In this document: one piece after another, positions 35,830 through 48,422 of the stretch
Layout: the number at the start of each line of letters is the position of its first letter
Numbering within the stretch: position 1 is the stretch's first letter
Source: Schizochytrium sp. TIO01
Lineage: Eukaryota; Protista; Bigyra: Labyrinthulomycetes
NCBI GenBank assembly: GCA_004764695.1
Contig: SMSO01000032.1
Span: forward strand, 1,488,001 to 1,552,000
Length of the DNA: 64,000 nucleotides
Direction of reading: 5' to 3'
Translations under genes and position numbers: made by a program
The notes under the pieces: generated by a model
What the model was told of the DNA's origin: nothing
The model's input: the letters and a program-made list of their open reading frames with translations, nothing else
Databases searched by the model: none

Positions 35830-36078
35830 ATGTCTGGCCAGGTATCACCGGAGCAGCAGCAGCAGCTTCTCGCCCAGGTTCGCGGCGAGGTGCAGGCAGC
35901 AGCCCTTCAGGAGCTCTTCACCAAGATCTCTGAGAAGTGCTTCATCAAGTGCGTGCCCAAGCCTGGCTCCAAGCTCAGCTCCAGCGAGCAGAAGTGCCTC
36001 GCCATGTGCATGGACCGCTACATGGACACCATGAATGTTGTCTCCCAGGCTATGGTCCAGCGTGGACAGCAGCAGTAG
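35830..36078 (+). CDS. TIM13: Mitochondrial intermembrane-space small Tim chaperone, Tim13-like
   Basis: Twin CX3C motif (KCFIKC...KCLAMCMDRYMD) with KPGSKLSSSEQ, typical of Tim13. ATG at 35830. Confidence 0.88.
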   Translation: MSGQVSPEQQQQLLAQVRGEVQAAALQELFTKISEKCFIKCVPKPGSKLSSSEQKCLAMCMDRYMDTMNVVSQAMVQRGQQQ

Positions 36079-37182
36079 ATCCTAATGTGTCCGTGGGGTG
36101 GACACCTCGTGCATAAATCAGCCTACAGTAATATTTTTCGCTTTAGAGTCAACCTTCATCTCCATCAACATATTTCCTTCAACATTTCTAACATTATGTC
36201 TATCCAAAATGTTCACCAACAGGTGCATCTGCTCCACTACTCATCATCAGAATTAATTCTGTCACATACTCATATTAAAACCTCAACCAAGGTCGCTTTG
36301 GCTCTCTACCACTGAGCACATGAAACTGACTAAACAGTCTGCAATGTCCCGTTCCTGTATTCTAAGTATGATGTCAGGTCGGCATTGCATTATCTTCATA
36401 AGAGTAGCACTTTCTCGCAGCTTCGACGGAAGCGACGCTGTTAATGTGTTTTCTCTCTCTCTGGCTGATACAATTTATGTGCTGAAGTCAAGTCTAAGTG
36501 GCCTTGGAACCATGAGCTATGTGAGGAACGAGGAACCGGGCTAGTACTGCATTTGTATCTCCTAGACAGAAGTAAACATGGCGAGACCGTCATCTTGATC
36601 CAACTTGGGCCATGAACCTTTCGGAAATTTATTTGTAGTAGTACAATCGCTCCCTTGTGAATATTTTGACTTACATTTCACGCTTCAATGCCACCGCTAC
36701 TTGCCCCCCCAATCGCGTGATTCGTTTCTTTGGACCCGAGTAATAGCTGCTATATTACATTGCTGATGAGTCTTTTACTTATAAAGTCAAACAGATCTGT
36801 AATTTCGAGCTTGCACTTGCTTGCTTGCTTATCGGGCCCAACTTGAGATTTGTTCTTCCCATTTCGCCCTATGCTGGTTAATAAATATTTAGTTTAGGTG
36901 AGTCTGAAACTTTGGATTTGTTTTTGGTCATTTAAGGGAGCAAGGAGACTTGCAAATAAGTGCAAGCATTGATCACAGGACATACTCAATTCGAGAGTTG
37001 TCTTCACTTTTTCTTATTTTTTAATCAACCTTTTTTATAAAATTAAATGGCATGTGTCAATCTATGTGCATTTGCCTGCATTTCGAAAGAGCAGGCCGAA
37101 GATCTGACTAGACTACCCATGACTTACAACTTTGCACGCGTGCCTATAGGAAATTGACAAACAAAAAGAGGCTGCCTACTAT

Positions 37183-40100
37183 TTATGCGTCATCGTCTTC
37201 GCCCATCTCCATGAGTTGCTGAGTTAAATCTTGGGTTGCCCCCTTCCCAGTTCTTGCGAGAGATGGTGTAAGAGACCATTTACGACGACGAGACGCTGCA
37301 ATCGTTGCTGGAGCAGACGTTAGTGGCGGAACCTTCATGGTAAGTGTCGGGCGTGTTGTAGGCGTGTTTTCATCATTAACGTTTTCTTTCGAACCATCAA
37401 TAGCACGTGATCCCAAGCGGCGCGGTGCAGAAGATGCACCGAGATTCATCTCTTGCAACAGGCTCTTGCGACGATTCTTCTTCGAGTGTGACTTGGGAAT
37501 CGGCGTCTTGAGCACACCATTTGCTGTACGAGCAGCCACATCTCGTGCAGATGGCTGCCATGTGACCGCAGACACTCGGCGAGCAGCAGTACCGGGTGCG
37601 ATGCGAGCCTTCTTTGCTGTGGTTGGTCTTTGGGGGCTTCCAGCTCCAGCCGAATTGGGTGCCATCGAACGGCGACGCTTCTTTGCCATCTTCTCATTCT
37701 CACGTTCTGCCTTGCGTGCTTCCTCCTTCTCCTGCTGCTGAATATCATACTCCAGTTCATCCGCAAGAACTTTATCTGCACCCAGGACGAGACTGAGCTC
37801 TTCTGGAAATGATTTCTTCATCTTAATCAAGTACTTGATGGACAACCGGAGATGGGGAGAATGAGACCGCTGCAAGAGGCGGTATAGCGAGACCATGAGA
37901 GGGATGACATGCTCGGCGTAGTTCTTTTGTTCTAATTTAGCAAGCACCTTGCCCTTAGCTTCTGCCATCTTATCTTGGATTGTCTCAGATACAGTGGCCG
38001 AGAGGTCACCACCAGCCTCAGTTTCATTCACTTCTCCGTTGCGAGATGCCTTAACCTCGATCGTAGGTGAAGAGAGTACAGCAAAACAATCCTCCAAAAG
38101 CATAGCATGCGATGCAAGTTGGTCACCCTTGGGCAAAGCCAGCTTGCCATCTAGAAATTCACCAAGAATGTCCTGGCAAATCTTATTTGTAACTTCAAGC
38201 TTATGAGGTGCAGACATAGATGACAACAACAACTCATAAAGCTCGAGACGGGCAGCCGCACAGGGTGGTGAGCGGCCTGTGATCTTTGAAGAATATCTCG
38301 CACGAGCACGCTGAAGCATGCCAGCATCCTCGGAGGGAGCTTCGAACTGGGTGCAAAGCTGATATTTGTCGGTCTTTACCATGTTAAAGCCGAATATTAC
38401 ATCGACAAACTTGCCATGGTACAAGTTCGGGCTCTTGATTGGGAATATTTCTGTCAGTGCATAGCGAACCAGACCTCGGATGTCCTCATCTGGATCCATG
38501 GCACACATGAGATAACGAGCGAACATTACGCCGCGCCATTTCATGTAGTCTTCTTGCAGGAGGCTGGTTAAAAGAATCAACGCGTGGCGTCTTACCAAAG
38601 GTGCGGGGTCGGCCAGGCAACCACAGATGACGTCGAGGTATGGGTCGACGATGTTAGCGTAACGGCGACACAGATCTCCAAGAATCACAATGACGTTACT
38701 CCGAATCACTTCACTCTGAGCACACTGATCGAGTTCGCGGATCAACATACGTGTAGCCTTCTTTGCGGTGCGTTCGTCGCGAAGACAAATCTTGCCCGTA
38801 GCAACAAGTGCGTGAGGACGAAGTGCAGCAAGTATAGCCTCATCAGCCGATAGCTTTTCGTCGTCGTTTGCTGCTACCTCGTTGGCTGCAAGCATTCCCA
38901 TAGCTAGAGTGTTGAGAGCTTCATCAAGCGGAAGAAGAGCACGAGTCTTGTCATCCGGGTCAAACCCTAGGATAGCCAATTCGCCAACCATGAAAAGGGC
39001 GCGCTGAGCAGTCTCAATCTGTTCGCTTGATCCAGTTCCAATATTGTGAAGAATCTTCGTGCAGCGAGCTTTGAGCATGTCGCCCCATCGCCCAACCATC
39101 CCGCGCGCTGTTTTTTCATCCGGAGATTTCGCTAAACAAAGCGAAACCAATGTCTGCAATGCTTGACGAAGCAAAGTGGTTTCAAGATCAAGTCCGAGAA
39201 CCAAGTCAAAGAGCGCAGCAGCCATATTAGTTGCTTGTTCTGCCGGAATTGAAGAGGATACACCCATGATCACGCTAAGCATGACCACACGCAGTTGCGA
39301 AGACCCGCTTTGCGGTTCGGCATCATCATCTTGACTAAATGTATCCTCCCATGCACTCATCACCTGTTCTCCATCAACCGTCTTGCGCGCCTTGGCTTGT
39401 ACGCGACCCTGGGGACCTTGAGCTTCGCCACTGCCTCCAACAATAATATCGAGCATTGTCCAGGTTGCAAGCTTGGTCTCCGGTTCACGAGCCTCCGTAG
39501 CGGCATGAAGCACCTTCTTCACAATGTGGCTCAGATTGAAATTGGCCTTTGCCTCACTAGCCAGATCAAAAAAGCATTTACGAAGGCAGTTGATCTGGTC
39601 ATGGGACATAGCACCAACAAGAAGCCAGACCTTGCCTAAGGTTGTTTTGGACTTTGACAAAGGAGTGATAATGTCCGAAGCCACACAATCTTGAGCCGTC
39701 TTTTGCACGCTTTGCTCAGGTGAGTAGACAAGAGGAAGTATTGTTTCTACCCAGAGGCTAGCTACTTTATTGCTAAATGGACTTTCCTCGTCAACAGCGT
39801 GATAAAACTGGGATACAGTCTGCAGAGCAATATTCTTAATTGCAGAAGAGATGTCGCGAGCACGATTGCATATTTCTGCAAGATCACGCCTGATAATTTT
39901 ATCCATACCGCGTACATCTTGAACTCGCGGGTGAGTGATGAAGATTTGCATGCTGCGGGCTGATGCACGCCGTACCATAACCTTAGAGTCTGCCAATCGA
40001 CGGCGGAGCATGCGAAAACATGAACGAATAGCATCACGCACCAATGCTGGAACTACTGAAGCCTGGTCCTTTTGTAGCTTTTCAGCAGGAGCATTGATCT

Positions 40101-41595
40101 CCTCCTCATCGACCTTCTCGGCCATTTCAACTTCGTCGGCGTCTTTAGCGTCTTCAACATCTTCTGTTGGCTTGGTAAAAGGCAAGGCTTCCAGAATGCC
40201 CACAAAACCCTTCACAGCTGCGATACGAACAGTCGCCACTTTGTCTTCAGACCGTTCGAGAAGTATTTCTGCTAGGCCTTGAATAAGATCTTGATCACTG
40301 CCGCACACGCTGAAAATAGCACTTGAGAGTTCTGCGGAAAATGCACGCTGCGCTGCCTCTTTGCTGTTTGACAGCTTACTAAGGTATTGACAAAAGCGGA
40401 ATACTGTGGCCGCGCGCGACCCTTCCTGTGTGCAGTTCAAGACCTTGATAACATTGTTCACAGCAGTAGCTCGAGCGTCAACCTTATCAACAACATCAAA
40501 GCAGAGATGCTCAAGTAACTTTAGAGCTCTAGTATTTTCACGATGCTCTGTGTTTTCAGCCTCATCATCGTCAGTGGCAGCATCACTCTGGGAGAAGATT
40601 TTTGCCACGATTTGTGTACTGAGATCCACCACCTTGCCACTTTTGTTTTCCTTAAACACTTTCAAGAACTCCTTAAACAAGGCTCTCTCAACTGTTACGG
40701 CGAGTTCGTTCTCGGGCTTAGACTTTTTTGATGATAATTTTTTGCTTTTCTTTTTGCTCTTTTTCGCAGAAGGGGTGCCAGAAAACTCTTCATCATTGTC
40801 GTCATCGTCATCGTCCCCGTTGTCGCTTGCAGCTACGTCTTCTTCATTCTCAGCATCCACGCTAAGTAGAGACACACGACGAAGTTTTGCATCGCTCTCT
40901 GTCTGGGGTTGGGCCTCTTCCTCATCTTGTAAGAGATACCCAAGAGCTGTGTGAATACTTTTATGGAGGTGATCATTCTCTGCGCCGCGCCAGATAAGGA
41001 TCTGAATCAAGTCTGGGAGTAATCCTGCGCTATAATACCTCATGGTCACGGGACGAAACTCACAGGTATCACAAAGAAGTGTCATGACAGGCAGAATATC
41101 TTTTGTTTCAAGCTCTTTTTTGCTGAGAGGCTTAAGGACCATATGAAAGAGGGATGTCCGAAACATTTGATATGATACTGCGCCAGGGATCTTGAGCAGA
41201 GCAAGGTAGGTTTGGGCTGCCTTGATCCAAAAGTTACGTTTCGAATCTGCGAGAACCTGAGCAAGTCCATATTGAAAGAGTAGGCGTTGCATACGCGGAG
41301 TCCTCGCGCTAGAATCAGAATTGTTCATACCAAATGCAATAGGATAAAAGCCTTCATTGCTTGTAAATGCCACACGGTAAACTTCCTCTACGGCGTCTTG
41401 AGTTTCTTCGCTTGCTGCAGAGAGCGATGATGAAAGGTACTCGCTGTCAAGGAGTGATTCCAACCGAAGCGCAAGTTCTTCACCATCGCTTTCGCGCAAG
41501 TCACTGTTGCTTTCCAGAACTGCATCTAAACCAGCCTTGGCTAAAGCTTGAAAAGCAGCCTCAATCTTCTTTGGGTCATCTTTTTTGGGGGCCAT
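37183..41595 (-). CDS. NCAPD3: Condensin II HEAT-repeat subunit CAP-D3
   Basis: 1470-aa HEAT-repeat protein with the Cnd1-like segment IRSNVIVILGDLCRRYANIVDPY...LVRRHALILLTSLLQEDYMKWRG; LLQEDYxKWRG is CAP-D3-type. Confidence 0.85.
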   Translation of the reverse strand: MAPKKDDPKKIEAAFQALAKAGLDAVLESNSDLRESDGEELALRLESLLDSEYLSSSLSAASEETQDAVEEVYRVAFTSNEGFYPIAFGMNNSDSSARTPRMQRLLFQYGLAQVLADSKRNFWIKAAQTYLALLKIPGAVSYQMFRTSLFHMVLKPLSKKELETKDILPVMTLLCDTCEFRPVTMRYYSAGLLPDLIQILIWRGAENDHLHKSIHTALGYLLQDEEEAQPQTESDAKLRRVSLLSVDAENEEDVAASDNGDDDDDDNDEEFSGTPSAKKSKKKSKKLSSKKSKPENELAVTVERALFKEFLKVFKENKSGKVVDLSTQIVAKIFSQSDAATDDDEAENTEHRENTRALKLLEHLCFDVVDKVDARATAVNNVIKVLNCTQEGSRAATVFRFCQYLSKLSNSKEAAQRAFSAELSSAIFSVCGSDQDLIQGLAEILLERSEDKVATVRIAAVKGFVGILEALPFTKPTEDVEDAKDADEVEMAEKVDEEEINAPAEKLQKDQASVVPALVRDAIRSCFRMLRRRLADSKVMVRRASARSMQIFITHPRVQDVRGMDKIIRRDLAEICNRARDISSAIKNIALQTVSQFYHAVDEESPFSNKVASLWVETILPLVYSPEQSVQKTAQDCVASDIITPLSKSKTTLGKVWLLVGAMSHDQINCLRKCFFDLASEAKANFNLSHIVKKVLHAATEAREPETKLATWTMLDIIVGGSGEAQGPQGRVQAKARKTVDGEQVMSAWEDTFSQDDDAEPQSGSSQLRVVMLSVIMGVSSSIPAEQATNMAAALFDLVLGLDLETTLLRQALQTLVSLCLAKSPDEKTARGMVGRWGDMLKARCTKILHNIGTGSSEQIETAQRALFMVGELAILGFDPDDKTRALLPLDEALNTLAMGMLAANEVAANDDEKLSADEAILAALRPHALVATGKICLRDERTAKKATRMLIRELDQCAQSEVIRSNVIVILGDLCRRYANIVDPYLDVICGCLADPAPLVRRHALILLTSLLQEDYMKWRGVMFARYLMCAMDPDEDIRGLVRYALTEIFPIKSPNLYHGKFVDVIFGFNMVKTDKYQLCTQFEAPSEDAGMLQRARARYSSKITGRSPPCAAARLELYELLLSSMSAPHKLEVTNKICQDILGEFLDGKLALPKGDQLASHAMLLEDCFAVLSSPTIEVKASRNGEVNETEAGGDLSATVSETIQDKMAEAKGKVLAKLEQKNYAEHVIPLMVSLYRLLQRSHSPHLRLSIKYLIKMKKSFPEELSLVLGADKVLADELEYDIQQQEKEEARKAERENEKMAKKRRRSMAPNSAGAGSPQRPTTAKKARIAPGTAARRVSAVTWQPSARDVAARTANGVLKTPIPKSHSKKNRRKSLLQEMNLGASSAPRRLGSRAIDGSKENVNDENTPTTRPTLTMKVPPLTSAPATIAASRRRKWSLTPSLARTGKGATQDLTQQLMEMGEDDDA

Positions 41596-42411
41596 GTTGC
41601 TCAGGATTCACTTTCGTCTGCACAATAGTGACAGTACCAACTAAGAAGTTTGCAGGCTTATCAGACTATTCTTTTTGCAATAGTTTGGCTGCAGTATAAG
41701 CGTGTTGTGAGGTGCGCCGGGGCAACTCTTTACTTCGCACAGTCGTTGCGCCGGTTATTCACGTCTTGCAATTGTGTGTGGGCTGCGCGATGGGAAGTCT
41801 TGAGAGCGAGGTTCGCAGAACACTAGGCGTGTTCTCGTGCTGCTGTGGAGCTGTCCCGTACGCTCTACAGCCCTCTGCGCAAAGCTTCCTGCCTCTTCCC
41901 GAGGGAGGTTGCGCACCAGTGAGTTGTGGAATTGAATGTTTCATGCGGAAACAGATTGTTATCTCATCTACCTAATGCAGAAAAAAATAGCTCGAAAATC
42001 GCACAACCGCCGCTAAATGGTCTAATTGGGTTCTCCAAATAGACCTCTTAGCCTAGATCTTGCTGTACTTGATGTGCTAGGGTCTTGATGTCTTGGGAAA
42101 GCGCAACTACACTACAGTCCGACAAGGTTCTGTCAACTTCAGAGAAGCAATGATTCAACACAAAGCTCTTGTAGTAATACTTAGTGTGGGGATGAACTCG
42201 ATTCTATCTCGCGAGAAAAAAATATGCATGTTTTTGGAGAGGGAACAAGGAGAATAGAATGCAAAGAATTGAAGCAACAAAAGAGATTTGATAAACATAA
42301 AAAAGCATAATTAAGACGATTGAGTACCTACAACATGCTGATGGCGTCCAATTCTTTGAAGATCCATAATTTGCGGGGGGTAATTCCTCCTGCCAAGCTT
42401 GATGTCAAAAT

Positions 42412-44647
42412 TCAGCTTGCAAAATTGCGAGCCTTGTAAATCAAGGTGATCAACGCCCCGCCTCGAAGGCCGACGAAGAGAACAACTTGCATACCAATAT
42501 AGAAGCCAATCATGTCTTCATCAACATCCATCTCAGCCATGAACTCTTGACATGCTTCAACAGAGGCGGGCGAGTTTGGATTCGAGGAGCTGCAGCGGTT
42601 TCCACCAATCTCAGTCACAATACCAAGATTAAGAGCATATGTCAACGAGCAAAGCCATTGAGCCCAGCGCAGAAAGACAGGAATTGAGTCGATGCTCACG
42701 AACAGGCCAGTGAAAAGAAGTTGCTGTATATATGATAAATGAACAGTTGTACCTTAACGGAAATAGATTGTTAGTTGGGTTGAAGCATCCATCATTGAAC
42801 AAGCTAAACATATAACACTTACCGGAACAAAAACGAGAGGAGCTACTTCCTGGGCGGTCTTCACATCAGGAGCCATGGCACCCGCAAAAAAGGCATAGGA
42901 GGAAGAAACCAGACTAATTGTGAAAATTTCACCAACAAGTGCAATAAAGCTGCCCTGAAAGTCTACAAGCCAGTATTGAATTATCATGATGAGAATTGAG
43001 GTAATGAAGTATAGGATGGACTCAATCGCAATTTTACTAAGGAAGTATGGAAAACTTCTGTAGGTTCCAGTGCTGTATTCACGCAAGAAGGTGACGCGCT
43101 CCATGGGCAATGTCAACAGTACCGGTTGACTAGCTCCAAACATGGCAGAGATAAAGAGACTCGCTGTGAAATGTGTAAAATAAGTACACGAAAGAAGTTA
43201 AGAAATACGAAAACCAAAATCCAAGAAAAGGTAAAACGTTAGAGTTGAGTATAAACAGCATGGCCCCACAAGTATACAATACTATAGTAGTATGTAAAGG
43301 TAGAAACTTACTTAGAGCTCCAAAATGACCTCGAAGCTCGTAATCATCGCTGTCAATATCTCCAGACTTGAGAAAAATCAAAGCAAAGAGAATATTCATG
43401 AATGAAGTAATTCCGAAACGGCCGATTAAGGCACCCTTATCACGAACAAAATTGCGCAGTTCACGAAGGGTAAGTTCAGCAAGTTGAACCCATACTGTAG
43501 TGTGCATGACACGACCAGAAGTAAACCCGTCGTGATCATTCTCATCATGCGCTGAGTGATCTGTGATTTCTGTAGACGCATCAGCATTATCGATCTTGAG
43601 ATCCACGGGAAGATTATCCTCCTCGTTTATAAGGGGAAGTTCATCTTCTTTCTTTGTCTGGGAGATCAGCAAAATAAAATCTGCAGGGTTGGTTTGCGGT
43701 GGCAGTTGCAGACCATGCTCTGCAAAGTTTTCTTGGATAGTAGATACTCTTCCATTATAGATAATGTTGCCGTAGGCAAGGGCCATAACTTTGTCAAAAA
43801 TGTTAAAAACTTCTGAAGAAGGCTGGTGAATTGTGCATAATACCGCACATCCCGAGCGACTCAGTGATTTAAGGATCGAAATTACCTTCCATGAGCTGTA
43901 CGAGTCTAAGCCTGATGTCGGTTCATCAAGAAATAAAATGCGTGGCGAGGTAACCAGCTCAATGCCAATGCTTACACGCTTTTTTTCTCCGCCACTAAGA
44001 CCACGAACAAGAGCAGAACCGCACATAGTGTTTTCGACATGGTCAATGCCAAGGCTGACCAAGAGCTCATTCACGATCTTTTTGCGATCCTCTGCGGTCA
44101 CGTTTGAAGGAAGGCGAAGACGAGCTGAGAATTCCAGCGCTTCACGGGCGGTTGCTGTGGCGAAGAGGGCATCTTCTTGTAGCACGTATGCTACCTTTGT
44201 GCGATAACGGATCGGGTTGATCTTTTTGCCATTTACAAGAACTGTTCCTGAGACCTTCTTCTTACCACCTGATTTCACACGGCCGGCAAGTACGTTCATG
44301 AGCGACGATTTGCCAGCACCAGATGGCCCAATAAGGGCCATAAGCTCATGAGAGCCGACCTTACCACTCACGCGCTTGAGAATATCACGCCCATTGATAT
44401 CGAAATGTACATCGTGCCATTGCAGGGAAGCAGGCTTTCGGTTTTTCGCAAGCGCTTCGAAATTGGGAGAAAATTCTAGACGTCCGTACACATCATCAGT
44501 GCTCTTTGTTGTCATGACCTTTGCTGTTTCTGTGGCCGTCGTACTGGCGGATGTGAAATCAGCTTCACTCAAGACTTCCACTGGACCTGTCTGGGCCGTC
44601 TGCGACGCTGGGTCCTTACTTGCCTCTGAGTCGTTGATAAGCGACAT
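42412..44647 (-). CDS. ABCG (White-like) half-transporter; exons 44647-43312, 43163-42823, 42723-42412 (662 aa)
   Basis: Walker A GPSGAGKSS, signature LSGGEKKRVSIG, Walker B LFLDEPTSGLD and CTIHQPS, in NBD-TMD order. Introns 43311-43164 and 42822-42724 (GTAAGT...CAG) join three ORF pieces in frame (...GALTSLFISAMFG...; ...VFVPQLLFTGLFV...). Confidence 0.92.
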
Positions 44648-45597
44648 GTTGTTCGAAATCGTATGCGCTTGCAGTTCTACGTATGGTCCCTGTATATGCC
44701 AGTCCGCCGGCTATTGTTAAGAGAAGATATTGCACCAAGATCCCTCAACACCCAGTGCAACCTATATTCCCTAGATTTGGTCAGCCCTGGATTCAGTCAG
44801 TGCCACTTCCACCCCTACTGCTGGGCCTGCCAGACCCTTCCGCCTCTAATACAAGTCTTCAAACCTGCGTGTCACGCCAATAAGTTCTTCACGTTCTGAT
44901 GAACCGATTTGGGGACTTGGTGAAAGCTTAGGAGCACCAATGTAAGTAGCCCCTCCGTCCCAACTCTAGAGGGTGCTGCTCTGTTCAAGACTACTCCTGA
45001 GTGGCACGCAGAGAGACTCAGAAGTAAACCAAATCAAAGCAAGGGTGCTCTGTGCTCAGCAATGGCACAGTCTCGTCACGTGATCTCCAGAGCAGTTCAG
45101 GTTTTGCAGGTGAGCTAGCTTGCTTGCTTGCTTTCGCTGGCTGTTACTCGCATTTCGTTTCATTTCCCAGTACTACTGTCTCTAAAGCTACGTACGCTTT
45201 TCCCAGTATTTCTTAACTTCGATTTCTCTCCTTTTCTCTACCTACCTGCCTCTGGCTAGAGCTACCTAGCTAGATACTACTGGTACTCCTAATACTACTA
45301 CTAGGCGGTACTGCGTCTGTGTGTTCCTTTCGGTTTCTCACAACTTGAAGGAAAAGGGCTTTTCTACCAATGCCATGCCTCGCTCCCTCCTACCACCCAC
45401 CACCACGATACAGACAAGGGCGCCTTCCGTCTCCGCCCATCTCGCATGCATGCGTCCCGGCCCTTCCCTTCTGCCAGTTAGCTGCGCTCGTTGCGGCGCT
45501 CTGCAGCCTTGTTCTCTTCTCTGCAGCACTGGAGGCAGCTCGAAGTTAAGTCCTCCTTGAGCTGCGGCATGTACACAAAGCGTGTGTGTTTTATATT

Positions 45598-45722
<125 letters not shown>

Positions 45723-47078
45723 AGAGCATCCTCGCAAACTCGGCAAACGAACCGTCAACAATCCTCCCTCTTCAGAGTTCCTCCTTACCAGCAAAGAAAG
45801 CACATACTTGCACTTCCTTCGGGGAACCCATCACGTTTGCAGAGAGAGACCCTCGGCATCGCGAGGCCTCCAAGCAACCTCAAAATTTGCAGGTTCAAGC
45901 CGAGGAAGAAGAAGTTCAAGACGCTTTCGCTTCGAATGGAGTTCACTCGGAAGAGCTAAATCGTTTATTCATTCATTCACTCACTTATTCATTCATTCAT
46001 TCATTCATTCATTCATTCGTTCATTCGTTGCAATCGCCGCTCCACGTGGAGTCGCGGAGCACGGTCAAGTCTCCGGCCTCCTCCACACCGCACCCCAAAG
46101 CAGCAGCCCGACCATGGTCCCTTTGGTTGCTTGCTCTGCGGAGAGAACAGCGAAGAAGGCGCCGAGAGAGCAGGTCGCCAAGCTCGCAACGGGCAGAGGA
46201 CTTTCTCACTGGACATCGCAAGCAGGCAGGCTAACCGCAGACCACACCGCCACAGAGTGTGGGTTGCACTGTGGGAGGTCAGCGAACCCGAAGGGCACGA
46301 GCGCGAGATTTACAGGCAAGAGCCACAGCCGACGGGAAGGGCGGAGGGCTGGGTTGGAGTATGGGGTGGAGCGAGATCATGAACGAAGGTTGGCAATGAA
46401 GTGCATGGGAGAACTTAAATGATTACAAACTGCGCTTGGGAAGACCGGCGACAGGTGCCCTGGCGTGTGCTACTAACCAGCGGAATTCGAGATGGGAGAA
46501 TCGCGGTCCATCTTGTCGAGAGATGTGAAAGCTGTGAGAGCAACGTTTGAGACGGGAAGCTGGTCAGGGTTTGTTTCTACTGTCTTGCATCTTTTCATTT
46601 CTGATCATTTAAGAAGCTAGAATCTTGCAGACGAAGTAATGCGAGTTTCTTCTGAGTTTTATTTAGGGTTGGTGGTGGTAGTTGCATGCAGCACAGAACA
46701 AAACCACAAAAGCCTTCTGGTAAACTAGATTGAACATGGTCTGCTGGAAATGTCAATTTTGACTCTTCCACAGATGAACAAAGATGAAGCACCTGATGGA
46801 ATCACAAAATCGTTACTTGGAGCTGAAGATAGCGATCACTTTCTTCCAGAGAGATAAATTCATACAGCGGATCTACTACACAAGGCAATGAAAGGCATTT
46901 TTTATCATATTTTAGCGTAGATGTTTGAAGCACCAGTTCGTTTCTTTCTTTCTTTCTTTCTTTCTAGTTAGAAATTTAATTTAAATGGAGAGAAGCAGCT
47001 CTAGTGACCGAAGAGTAAATTATAATTTTGCATTAAACGTTAATACCTCCAAAAACCTGCATGCAAGAGAAAGTTGGA

Positions 47079-48422
47079 CTACTTGTAATCTTTGACGAAG
47101 TCAAAAGGTTTTTCAACCGCCTTGGAAGCACTGAAGTCATAGCGTTTGCCAGACTTGTATTCACGCATAATGAGTCTTCCAACACTTGAAATATGTGTCT
47201 CATCTGGACCATCATAAAAGCGAGAGGCTCGTGCCATACGATACATGCCGGAAAGAGGAGTGTCTTCGGTGAGGCCCTTTGCACCAAATACCTGCACAGC
47301 ACGGTCCATGACACGGCAAAGAGCACGTGCGCCCCAAGCCTTAGCAGCAGCTAGTTCTACTCGTGCGTAATCACCAGCATCCATTTTTTCTGCTGCAGAC
47401 AAGGTCAAAAGACGATGGGCCTGGATGTCACAGTACGAATCAAAGACGTGCTCTTGCATTAGCCCAACATCACCAAGGTAGCCACCACCGCGGACCTTGC
47501 GTTCAGCAAGGCGCTCGCACATGAGATCAAATGCACGTTGCATTTGTCCGATCCATCGCATGCAATGAAAGATGCGACCGGGCCCAAGACGTTCTTGAGC
47601 GATCATAAATCCTTGTCCGCGCTTTCCAATTATATTGGATGCTGGGACACGAACATTATCGTAAACCACCTCGCTGTGATCACCACCATGTGCGCCAAGG
47701 ACATGCACGCTTCGCTGGATGTTATAACCTTTTGTAGAAGTTGGCACCAGAATGACGGAAAACGATGCATGAGCAGGAACATTCTCGTCGAACTCAGTAC
47801 GGACAAACACAGAAGTATATTCAGCATTCATCGCATTCGAGGTCCACCATTTACGTCCATTAATTACCCATTCATTTCCTTCAAGACGAGCGTATGTCTG
47901 AAGCTGGGTTGGGTCGCTCGAGGGAACGTCTGGCTCAGTCATTGCAAAGCTGGGGTAGATTTCCGCGGATACCAATCTTTGCAAGTACTTGGCTTTGAGC
48001 TCTGCTGAGCCATGGCGATAGAGCATCAGGGAATCTTGGAGAGAATGGGTACCCAAGGCAGTCTGTGCAAGCTCAGAGCGACCTTGAACTTCATTCACAT
48101 AAATATAGTCCATGAAAGGCATATTCCCACCACCGATCTCTTTGGGGTGCCCGAGGGCCCATAAACCTGCCGCCTTGGCTTCATCTTGAAGCTTCTTCAG
48201 GGCCCGAGCGGCTTCGGAAGTACCTTCTTTAAGGCCTCCCACGCCCATGCCACCGCCGTGCTTGCCAAGACGTTCTAGTTCACGTTCCAAGGCATAGACT
48301 TTGGTTTCTACAAACTCGAGTACCTTTTGACGTAGGGGCTCTACGTGCTTAGGAACTGCAAATTTCATGTCCGGGGTAGTACCCTCTGTGTAGCCAAGGC
48401 GGCCTTTGGGAGCAGATGCCAT
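47079..48422 (-). CDS. Acyl-CoA dehydrogenase (ACAD10/11-FadE-like group)
   Basis: FAMTEPDVPSSD, INGRKWWTSNA, GQGFMIAQERLGPGRIFHCMRWIG, DRAVQVFGAKG and RFYDGPDETH. First ATG at 48422; no intron in the CDS. Confidence 0.92.
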   Translation of the reverse strand: MASAPKGRLGYTEGTTPDMKFAVPKHVEPLRQKVLEFVETKVYALERELERLGKHGGGMGVGGLKEGTSEAARALKKLQDEAKAAGLWALGHPKEIGGGNMPFMDYIYVNEVQGRSELAQTALGTHSLQDSLMLYRHGSAELKAKYLQRLVSAEIYPSFAMTEPDVPSSDPTQLQTYARLEGNEWVINGRKWWTSNAMNAEYTSVFVRTEFDENVPAHASFSVILVPTSTKGYNIQRSVHVLGAHGGDHSEVVYDNVRVPASNIIGKRGQGFMIAQERLGPGRIFHCMRWIGQMQRAFDLMCERLAERKVRGGGYLGDVGLMQEHVFDSYCDIQAHRLLTLSAAEKMDAGDYARVELAAAKAWGARALCRVMDRAVQVFGAKGLTEDTPLSGMYRMARASRFYDGPDETHISSVGRLIMREYKSGKRYDFSASKAVEKPFDFVKDYK

